Source of the DNA: Oopsacas minuta
Lineage: Eukaryota; Animalia; Porifera
Length of the DNA stretch: 64,000 nucleotides
NCBI GenBank assembly: GCA_024704765.1
Contig: JAKMXF010000299.1
Location: 186,001 to 250,000, forward strand
Direction: 5' to 3'
Below, in pieces: positions 1 through 12,000 of the stretch. The notes under the pieces were generated by a model. The model had not been told where the DNA came from, ran no database searches, and was given only the letters and a program-made list of their open reading frames with translations. Each line of letters starts with the position of its first letter. The first letter of the stretch is position 1. The position numbers were made by a program, and so were the translations under genes.

Positions 1-28
1 CATAACATATTTACCAAATGGTTGTTAG

Positions 29-3000
29 GGAATTTGGTGGAGATATTGATTTTACAGGGCAGAATTTACAAAATTACACTACACAAGAAGAAATACCAAT
101 ACAAGATAAGGGAAATATACGGAAAGAAACACCTATTATAACCGATCATCTGGGACTTAATCCAGATGAATCAGATCTAAGCTACGCCTCAATAAGAGAC
201 AGATTAGGATCAGAGAGAATAGCAGAGCTTGAGAGAGTATACGCAGTAAAAATATATATTGAAAAGCTAATATTTAATTCACAGCAGCTAGATCTGATTA
301 TCAAGCAAACATCTCCGTCACAATTATCAAGAATATACAGGTAATACATTTGAAACCATTGAGTAGATATTTAACTAATTGAACCTATCTATATAGGAGT
401 ACATATATTGTAGAGTATCAATTGGACACTACAGGAGGTGAGAAGAGGTCTAGAAGACCGGAAGAGAGTACACGAGTTATTACCAGGAAGATGGATGGAG
501 ACGGTAACATCATATTTAATCATAGGACTGTTATGCCTATATGCTTAACAGGGGGAGTTATAAAGAAATGGTGGAGCAATATACTGGAGTTCAAAATATA
601 TAAAAAGAATTTGGGACAGAAAAAAGCAATTAATCTAGGTATCTATGTATATATTAGAACCTCCGTCGAATTTGTATTTACAGCTTTCTACGTTAGGAGT
701 TTCTGTGATTAATCTCAAGAGTGTGTTAGAATCACAAAACCTGAATATGACGTCATCTTTGGATGTACAGATACCTACACATTTACAGAGAGAGCAATAC
801 CCGAGTCATTTAGACGTTATCATAGAGTTAGCTAGCGAACCTCTTAGAGCTCATCGTAAGCCAAAACAAATAGATAATACAGGTTTGTAGTACTACAGTC
901 AGCTCCCGTTATATCGAAGCTCAAAAGACCGCGAAATTTCTATTTACTATGCAGATTTGATATAACCGGTTAACAATATGTTACTTTGATAGTACGGGAT
1001 CATATTTGGACCATTTCAGACTTCGATATAACTGGGAGTTGACTGTATTATAATATTTCAATAAATAGATGGAATAATTTTCAGTGAAACAAAAGAGAAA
1101 CATGTAACATTCGCGTGTTCCCCTTCACATACAGAAGAGCCTTATAACTCTTCAGATCAACAAGAAAGTTCTCAATCAGATAACGATATACCAATTACCT
1201 CAGGAAGTGATCCTTTAAGACTTAACCTATTGCTCCTCGTTACAGATGGTAGTGAAATATCTGTAAGTAGCAAACAGTGTCCTTGGAGAGGAGTTAACCC
1301 TTATTTAGTGGCCAAACTTTTCTGTGCTGACCCAGCACCACAGAGTAGTGTGCATTGGGAGAATGGAGCTCCTAAATTCGCATTCAGGTTCTTTCCAAAT
1401 TTTATTATAATGTCATCACTAAAATATTTTACACTGTTTATTATAGACAATTATTTCCTATACAACTAACACACAATATTCTAACTACACGACTATGTAA
1501 TAAGGTTGTAGTGATAGAAGTATGGCATAAAGAAACTAATAGAAACAAACCAAGTGATGAGCTTATTGGACTCGTACAGCTGTCACTACATCAGTTCTAT
1601 ATTAACTTTACTCACCCAGAGAATGTAGCACAATCTCTACAGGTATTTGCAATTAGATTATTTTGCACATAAATTCAAATATATAAGTGTGTAAATATAC
1701 GTATAATGGGTTGAACTTATCCATGGTTCGAATTTACCACGAAACATGATGTCGAATTAAATGAAGTTTCTGTCTCTTGTATATTCTAATTTACCCAATA
1801 TTCTAGGGCCAATACCCAGTAGTAAGTGAAAATGGATGCTACTCCATAACTGACCCATTAACTGGTAGAAATCGCGGCTACATATCCGCGCTCCTGGCAT
1901 TGGGATCATTAGAACAAATCGAAGCTTTAGAACAAAACATCACAGAAGGCGCATACTCAATTAAAACAGCAGCTAGCACGAAACAAAATACTTATCAAGT
2001 GAGTAATTACATATGCTATAATGTTCAATACAGTTATGATCTGCTTAATATCCTTGCTATTAACTTGAGTTATTAACGCTTTTCTCTCTAATACGTTTTG
2101 TCCCTGGTTCATATTTCGTATTATAACTCGACTGTATTGGTCGTTTCATCCCTTGTGTACGTCTCTCGTCATTCTTAGTCAGTACATTTTCTATGGAGCT
2201 CTGTCCATTATTGCTTTGCGATTCACTTTCACTATCACTACTTACACTTGTACTACTGCAAGAGCTTGAGCTACTCGATGGTAGACCTGTATTTGCTTCT
2301 AAATCAATCTGTTCAGCTTCCTTAGCTATTTCAGGGCGATATTTCCGCAGGGTTTCGAGCCATCTTTTCGCGAGTTTCGGTCTACTTTTCATAGTTTTTG
2401 GAATGACTCTATGGAAAGTGAAAGGCGTGACAAGGTTTTGAGTGACAGCTATACTCAAATCAAGGTTCAGTACAACATGCCACCAACCTCCTGGAACATA
2501 TACCACTTCACCTGGACCATGGATAAAGTCATAAGGCTTATACTCGCTAGGCCAAGAGGGAAGCAAACATTTCGGGTAAACATGATTAAACCAGGATATC
2601 GCTTCTGACCTCTGTTGCCCACCCTCACCCATACGGGGCTTCAACATCTCCTTGGGGGTACTTGGTGGGAAAATGCACCAATGTTTGTGTCCACGTACAA
2701 CCGCGTTCCAAGCCGAAGTACCTAGGGGATCAATATGTATACCGGTACCAGATCGAGCTGGTCCCATAACAAACCATCGATAAGGTGGCCGTCTCGATTC
2801 ACTCGCATATCTAAACAGATCATCTACGAAGTAATCAGGTACTTGATAATCCTCTAACAAAGATTTCTTCTTTCTATGATCAGCAAATCCACTGTCAAAC
2901 ACATATAAAGGGCTGTCATCCTTGGTTGATTGTATGTAATGTCTGTAATATTTCATTTTTAACTTTACACTAAACCCATCATCATCTTCTCCGCATTTGA

Positions 3001-6000
3001 ATTTCTGATTGCGGTATTTTTTCGTGAGTCGTTCAATTGTCCATTTTTTCCTCGCAGCCCAATCTCTCAACAATCCTGTGATTACTACAGGTTTCCCTGG
3101 CAACTCATATCGTCTATGGAATGTCTCAATACTTACATCAGAAGCACTGATTCTTTCAATATTATCAAAAACATTCGAAACATTCGTAGTATCCTTATCA
3201 TACATTCCGAATTGTGTCCAACCGAGTTCGCCCTTCAATTCGGGCCTGGCTCTACCCTTTACATCCGCTATCGTCCTATCTGCTCGAGAAATAAATCTCA
3301 CTTCATCTACGTTCTGTGTAATGCTACCTCTGGTGTCCGTGTATGGTGATTGTATGTTAGATGCCATTCTAATTGAAATATAATAAATGTAGAAATATAA
3401 TTATGTTCATAAAGTATCATAATTATTTTGTAAGGCCTAACGCGGTGAGTTATAAATAGCAAGTTTTTTCAGGGACTTAGAATTAATTTTGTATTGGAAA
3501 ATTCCTTTAGTAAGTTTACTTATTAGCAAGGGAAATCGTGCAAAATACGAAATTACTAAAGGCGAACTCAACTGTAATTATTTTAATCTTTGGTTTAGCA
3601 ACAAGATGTATCTACACCAGTCTACCTAGCTCAAGAAGGAGGATACCCTAAATCAGCTGATCACGTATTCTCTGAAGACTCAGAGCATGTATTTGAGATT
3701 TGTATAGAAGGAGCTAAAGATGTACATCCATTGGGATCAGGTAAATTACGATAATTAAAAAATAATAGATGAGTGGCTCCCAACCTGGGTCCATGGAGCC
3801 CTTGGTGGTCTACAGACGACCCACGGGTGAAATAGGTTGGGAACCACTGCATAAATCTACTCTATTACTATTCTTCGTAGGAGTATGGGGTGAAACAGAT
3901 TGCTATGTCTCTTACAAATTCCCAATTTCAACTCGGAATGAACACTACACCATGGATGAGCAAGTAGAACTAACTACATTCAATACACCTACTACGTTAA
4001 GCTTACCAGCACCTAATTTCTCTGCACATCATACTCATAAAATATTTCTCCGTGGAGGAACTTCTCTCCAACAAATCCTACTCGATTCTACATATGAAGG
4101 AATGAACCGTGAAGACAATGTTATAGAAAAAATGTAAGTTATAATAATTATATAAAGTGTATAAGAGCAATGGCTGTAAGAAAGAACCTAATAAAGTGAT
4201 ACAAAATAATAGTAGGAAAAGTATATGAAAGTGTTTGTGAGGAAACAAATCAAGTGCGTTCAATGAATGAACTTTAGCGAAATGAGTAGCTTATGTAGAG
4301 GATAACTATAGGAGGTTGGGAGAGCTAGTAGAATTCGTTAAGACCATGAGGTACACACGTTTCTAGTTCACGAATCCAGTGACTTTCTCTTTCCCCAAGT
4401 TTGTGAGGCTTCACGATCTCTATTCCGATCAGTTCAAATATCTTCATTGGGTCATCTTTAGCTGAAATAGCGCCTTTACTTTTTTCAATCTTGCATCGCT
4501 TATCTTTGGGGATATTCTCGCGGTTTTTCGTGTGTTCATAAAACGCGTGAACATCCGCACTAGTGCCCCTACCATGCCTTGCCATTGACCTATGATCCTC
4601 TAGTCTAGCTTGTAACTCCTTGCTACTTGAACCAACGTACTGCTTACGACATATAGTACAAGTTAGTATGTATATTAGACTACGAGTATTGCAATCGATT
4701 GCGTCACTAACTTCGTATATCTTCCTTCTCTGAGTACTGGTGAAATGTTTCTTCTCAATCATCATATCACAATTCTTACATTCTTTCTTCTTGCAAGGAA
4801 TCGTACCTACATTCTGTGGGAAAAAGCATATTTCACAAGTAGCTTCATAGTAGAGTATCTTCTCCAAATTATCCGCGGTGAAGAATTTTTCCCAAATAGT
4901 TTTCAAACTCTCGAACACATCTGCAGTTATTTTATACCGCTCAACCTTGCCTTTAGGAATGCCAATAGTATCGAATTCAGTGTAGAAAGTGCGTTCCATG
5001 CCAATGGGTATAATTTGTTGTAACTCCTTCTGATCTTTCTTTATCAAGAAGTAAAGCAGTGAGTATAAATCTTCTTTCAAATTGCGTAGAGTCTCGTATA
5101 TTACTCCAGGCTTGCTTCTCAAGCTGAGAAGTGCGAAATGTCTCACCTTATGCTGGTTTATCACACATACGAGAAGATCAGCTAGAACGCATTTAGCTTT
5201 TTCACCCACGTTTATACTTCCAAGAAGTTCCAACAATTCCATCAAAATATGTACTTTTCTCACACCTTCAAGACAAGTGTCAACTGTAAACCTACACCAC
5301 ACACAACGTCGATATGAAGGGTTCACTCTGTGATGCACGGCCCTGCACTTAGAACATCTAATCTGATTCTCTAATTCGTCATCACTGTCGCTATCATTAC
5401 TCAGAGCCTGGGGCAATATATCAGCTGATTTTTTAGCTACCTCTCCATACACTTCAGTCAAATCTATACAGTTTATGAATGTAGAATTGTCTATTATGAC
5501 AGTAGTGTATTTTAGCTTAGGAACCATCTCTACACTTCTACGAAATAAATATGGCCAGAATATTTCAGCTGACATATCAGGAGGAAATACACCGCAGTCT
5601 ACTACGAGATTAGTTGAATGTTCTACGATTGTTACAATATTAGCTTCGTTGTAATAGTGGACACGTATTGAGATGTCTAATTCTTTCTCGAATGGATCTT
5701 GAGCTGGTTCGGAGGATTTACGACCGCTTCGATTGAACCCTATACCGAAAATAGTCCTCTGTCCTGACTTGTCTACAGTCTTAGTTAACTGCGTGTATAC
5801 CCGAGTGCGATTTGATTTTATAAGTTCATCAAGGAAGGGCGTGCCTCTAGGGAAAAGAAGGAGAATACGAGATACCCCAAAACTATCACTTAGAAATTCA
5901 GGAATTCCCTTTGCCTCATCGAAAACGGATTCTTGCGCGCGAATACTCTGCTCAAAAGCTAGTTTAGCGTTCAAAAACTGATGCTTTGCCTTAGTTAATG

Positions 6001-9000
6001 GACTGTATGCAAGATCTTGTGATGCAGGCTCTGACATAACTAAATTGTTTATTTTATCAAATCGCACAATCTTTTATCTAATAACTGTAATGCCTACTGT
6101 ATACGCCTTGTGATCATATTTACTGGTTGAATAATCAGCCAAGCGCCTCAATAAACAAACTCAATTGATGAAATTAAAATACGTATAACGAACTAGGACT
6201 TCTTGATTATTAATAATTTTAAGACGAAAAACATTGGGTGGCATACGTACACGAACTCAATTGTTTTCATTTGACACTATTTTTAATGTTTCAAATTTAT
6301 TAAAATTCCAATCATATAAATTACGTAATATTAATAACACGATAACATATCACATGATTTGAGATCACATACAAATACTCGACCCTTGGCGTCTAATGTT
6401 ACTCCTCTGGGATTTGTGAAATCACCACCTGAGCCAATTTTTGTAATGAACTGGCCATCATTCGAGAATACCTTGACTTTATCTGTTAAGCTTTCGCTTC
6501 CGATAATATTGCCAGCATTGTCTATACAGAAATGTAAGCCTCCGTTAAATTGAGAGCTATCAATCACTGTACGCTTCAATTTACCGTTCTTATGGAAACA
6601 TTGTATTGTGTATTCTGAGTTTGAGAATAAGACATACCATTCTGAGTTGTGTAATTTCGAATCCATTATTCGCGTTCTTCCTTGCACGAAATGTTCTGTT
6701 TCAAGTTCGAGTTGCGTTATGATATCAAGGTTGCTTGTTTCTAAGGCGAATATATTTCTCTTTTTAGTTTCGAAAACGTAGAGAATTCCTTGTTCATCAA
6801 CGTTTATTCCTGTTATTGGATTGTTTAACCTTTGCAACTGAACCATTTCCCAATTTCCTTGTTCATTTTTCTCGAATTTTAACACCTTACCATTTTGTAC
6901 ACCACAAGTGACGAAAAACGCGTCTTTATAAGAACACATGTATAATGGTCTATTCAAGTTTGTGTCTTTGATCGTGGAAATATATTCGCCATTCTGGCTG
7001 TATACGTTTATCACATTTTTATTTCGGTCAGAAATAAGTAGTTCGTTCGTGTCGAGACTTAAGATTGAGAATGGCTCTTCCATTTCATTTTCACAAGTAC
7101 CCTTTTCTACTTCCATCCATTCCGGGTATACACGTTCGGTATATGGACAAATGTTGATGTTAATATTGCAAAAATCTTGGACATTTTCAAGTAACTTTTC
7201 GTTCAAATCCAATTCAACGCTTGGAGCTACCAAACTTTTGTCAAGTAGCTTCTCAATCTCTTCACTAATCGGTAATAGAGTTTGATACATGACATCTGTT
7301 AGCTTGTTATCTCGTATATTCACGACATTATCTCTGCATTTATCTAGACAAGATAATTTCCTATCTCTCTCATCAAGATTACATTTTGTATCATTGTATA
7401 CTCGATCTAGTTCTTCAATCAAATTTTGTTCTTTTTGATCAATTTTTTGTCTGAGATTCTCACATGTTTTTCCGATTTGCTGTTTTTTCGATTCAACCTC
7501 ACTCTTCAGTCGTTTCAAAGATAGAATTTCTAATTCTCTCTTATTGTTTTGAAACATTGCAAGTTTGAATATTAGTTTATTTAATTTTTAGCCAAATCTC
7601 TCATATATTTATACAAAAAGTTGTATAAAAATTAGTGAAAGCATTCTATGTCTATTCTTAGAGAATATAATTGGATTCTAAGTATTGCCTAATAATGTGC
7701 TTAAGGTAGCATACTTTCTATTTCTCTTTAGTTCACATAAATTTTTACGTAATAATAATGTTGTAATTAATTCAATATAAGCAAAATACGCTTTACAATA
7801 ATTTAAGAAATATCAACTACAATGGCAGTAAGCATATCAAGGATGTGAATTCCAGTGATATGAGGATGTGAGTAATTGCGTCCTTCCTCCAAGTAAACAA
7901 CAAAGTTCGTCATACACTGTTCCCGAATCATCTCGAGTTAATCTAATTAAATTCAGGTTCAAGCCATTTTGGGAAGGTTTTAACGTTTCAAAAGAGCTTA
8001 AAAACTGAATATGTACATGTAGTTTACTCACAAATATTTAGAATATTTAGAAAATTAAATGTTTTGTTTATCATATTACAGTCAACTCCCCTTAAATCTA
8101 ACACGGATATAGCGCAATTCGCGCCCGCTAATATCGAAGTTTTAAATCGTATGAATCATTAGATACATACCAATTGCCCAATAAAGCTGCCACACACGTA
8201 ACAAATGCATGATAACGTGTGACTGAGGTAAATAAATAATCTCAGAATTAAACAAGTTTTTTAATCTGGGGTTAGCTAATCTATATACCACCTGGAGTTG
8301 TAGTTATAAAAAAGATCTCTCAAGTGTGTTTTGTAGGGCTAAAAGTGTAATTTTGATATTTCTTTTATGATTGTCATTTTATGTCCCAATTTAGTGATTC
8401 CAAGTGCAGATAAGTCTTCTTTATCCAACAGTCCTAGGTGAGATCCTTGTATGTCATTGTCAATAAACGCGTTTTGATACATTTCCATACCAAAGCTCTC
8501 TAACCATTCACCTACTTCATCTGTAGACCATTCAGCTGTTTTTTTGAACTGACGACTATGCTTCAAATCCATGCGGTATAATATCTCATCTGGAGGCGTG
8601 ACATCATCTTGAGTAGCCTGATTACTCATCGTGTGTAACTCTAGATTAGATGGAGGTGGTGGTAGATAGTTGTCTTGGTTGAAACTCTTCTCAATATCAG
8701 GGGGAGGGGGTAGCATTTCGGGGTCTATACCATCGAACCATTCTGGAGGAGGCATGAGTACATACGAGGGAGGAGGGGACGGTATACCTGGAGAGTACAA
8801 AAATGAATGCGGAGGAGAATCTGCCTGTATATCAAGTGGAGTAGGTGTGTAGTCTAAATATGGTTCAAAGGTCAGATCCTCTTTTTCTGGTCCACCCTGG
8901 GGGAGATCACCTGGGAAGGTCAAATAGTTTGGTTTAGGAGGTGAACCTTTTTCAGGTGGTGAAGTAATCTGACCTGTTAGCTTACTCAGTTCAGAATCAC

Positions 9001-12000
9001 TGATTGATTTCTTAGTTACACTCCTTGTAGTGTTATAATGGCCTTTCCAATAAGCAGTATTATCTTCATAATCAGGACTCACCTCTTCGTTATAAATACT
9101 CGGTATTCTTCCTGCAATAGTCTGCTCATCCTGTAGTGTATAAGTGATACGGTTATCTGTAGGGGATAGTGACGTAATATTCTGTGTGTATATACTCTCA
9201 CAACTCTTGGATTCAGAAGATAATTGTCTACTTATAAACTGGTTCGCTTCATCTAGTTTGCTAGGTTTTTCTCTGTGTACTTTCTTGAGCATTCGTTTCC
9301 AATGTTGTGGGTTTTGTTCATCGAGTTGAGCTGAGTTTGAGAGTCGCCTGATTGTAGCAGGACTTTCATTTTGTATTGTACATAAGTCAAATTGGGTGTT
9401 GCATATTCCCTGAGACTGGCTAGGAAATTCGTTTTCGTTTTCACTGTTAGGAGGGTCTAACAGGTAGCTGTACTCTTCTGCTCTGATTTTGTTCTGAAAT
9501 GGAATATCTTGAGTTGATAAGTTATCCAATTTTCTTGTTGGACTAATAAGGCTGTTAGGTAATGCCTCCTGTAATGTGTTTTCTGTTTCGTATGTAGAAC
9601 TCCCGAGATCTGAAGTTTGAGATTCTCCTTTCTTGTCAGAATCTGAGTTTTTAAGAGATAAATTAGAACCAGTTTCACTTGCACTATTACTCTCTGTTTG
9701 TTGTGAACGACGTGTTTTAAGATTTAAAGATTTTTCTAGAACAGCTTTAGCGAATTGACTCAGATTTACATTACCTTCCTCTACCTTCCCTTCAATGACG
9801 TCAGCATTCGCAGTTTCTACTTCAGAGGTTTCCCGTCGATATTCATTAGCCAATTGTTGATCACTATCCCCTACTAACTGATAGAATTCTTCTACTGTTT
9901 GCAAATGCTCATACTCGACTGGATCTCTATCAAGTTGATCGTATTGCTCATAATCAAAATCTCCAGTTAATTCGCCTTCAAGCGTATCTTCACTCGGAAA
10001 GTATTGACCACCGTAATTCAAACGATCGTACGTGTCCTCTCCTTCATAGGGGGCTGAATAGTACAGGTCCATACGATCCAGGGTATCATAGGGCGGTTCC
10101 TCTATAGGGGACAATCTCTCGTAAGGTGTGAAATCTCCTTCATCATCAAATGTAGAATCAGCTTTATTATTTTCTAAAGAAGCGTTACTGAATCTTTGAT
10201 TAAACATAGAATAGTTTCCTTCATATTTGAATTGATTCTGATCATTTTCAGAATATTCATTAGCCTCTATTTCGTCATCTACGTAGATTGAATCGGCTTT
10301 AGTAATTTCTGTTTCTAGGCCTAGTTCACTAGTAACTATTTCCCCCTGAGAATTATAGAACTGTCCAGATTCTATTGTGAAATCAGACACTTTCGAATCA
10401 GTTTTCATGTCAGCATTACTACTACTTGAATCGTTATTATAACTGTATTCTATTGAATCTCTGTTAGAATTTCTCTGTATATGAACTAACTTATTGTCAT
10501 CAGATATCTTACTAGCCAAGAAAGTATCAGATTTAGATTGTAACTCATTTATAACTTCTTTCTTCTGTCCATACATGTAAACCTGTTCCTCATCAGCTGA
10601 TATTTGTGTACGTAGTTCTCCTTTTCCATCCTTATGCACTGTTGCGTAATTATGAACATTTGTGTCTGGGGGTGTGATATTTTCCGCAGCGCCGTGTAAT
10701 AAGAATAAAGGATTGACGTGACCTACCCTACGACTATCTTTCCCAGACTGGGCGACATGTTCTCTCAACCTACCCAATTCTGAATCAGAACTTCTTACAG
10801 CAGTACTGTCTGTATCAACCATTTTCTGTACTGGTCTAGCCCTAGGGGGTACCTCAGGTTTTTGAATCTGTGAGAAAGAACTAGTTAGGGATTTGACTGG
10901 GGCAATAGGTGGGGGTGGTTGTACCTGTAGTGATCGGGTTACAGTCATTTCTAGAACTTTCTTAGTAGTGCGTACCAATTCTACAACTTCGTTGTGAGGC
11001 ATAGTTACCACATTCTGTCCGTTTATGCATAAAATGAAATGTCCAACTTCTAGTCCGGCTCTTTCAGCTGCTCCAGCTTTATCAACCTGAGCTACATACT
11101 GTAAAGATGGTACTACAGGAGTGGGATGGTAGTTTTCTAGATCACATGTAGCTCCTCTTACAGAAAAACAGAATCCTTTCGTTGAACGTTTTATTTTTAT
11201 TTTCTTGAACTTTAAACTCTGATAAATTGGAGAATTACCTTTTTTCGGGGCTGTTTTGTTTACATTTATAAGCTCTACACATGTACCGGGGAACCAACCT
11301 TGTTTTCCATTACTTATACCCTCTATAAATCCATCTTTACCGATATTAAGCACTTCTATATTATCTCCAGCAGTTAAAGCAATATCTTCTTTAACCTGAG
11401 GTGTATAATTTCGCGTTACAGCATAGGAATTACCTGTATTAACCGCACGAACCCTCACTCGTTCTAGTGTGGCCTTTTTCGTAGTTCTAAACATGGATCT
11501 TTTAAGAGAGCCAAACTTAGAAACGCCCAAATTATCATTGGGAGTAGAAACAGGGTCGTTTTGTTTGAGTTTTGATACATTCGGATTTCTAATACTTTTC
11601 TTCCTAGTTTTGTTTGTAACACATAACTGGTACATTTGTGATACAGGTCTAGCGCGTGGATTATAGCTAGGACGGTCAGAAAACTTAACAACTTCATTCT
11701 CATCATGTTGATCTATACGTTTAGCAACATTCTTATTACCTGAAATAATCGCTACTTGATAAGGAGTTCGATTTGAATAGTTTAATATTTCTCTATTAAC
11801 ACCACGGCGTAGTAGAACTATAGCAGCAGCTTCCTGACCATGTACGCCACATATATGTAGAGGGGTATTTCCACCAGAATTCTGAGAGTTCACGTTTGCT
11901 CCATACCAAATTAAAAGCTCCATAATGTCTACAAGACCTAAAGAGAGATCAGTTACTATTCATTATATTTTCATAATAAAACTGCAAATTAGATTTCTAA

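Noticed and set aside
3769-3880. N-terminal part of the 122-aa ORF 3769-4137
   Set aside because: Intronic and MITE-derived; the real exon starts at 3881.
4140-6330. Search for Penelope pseudo-LTRs or a hammerhead ribozyme around the GIY-YIG gene
   Set aside because: No CTGANGA..GAAA core with supporting stems and no flanking repeats were found by eye; a covariance-model search would be needed to exclude it fully.
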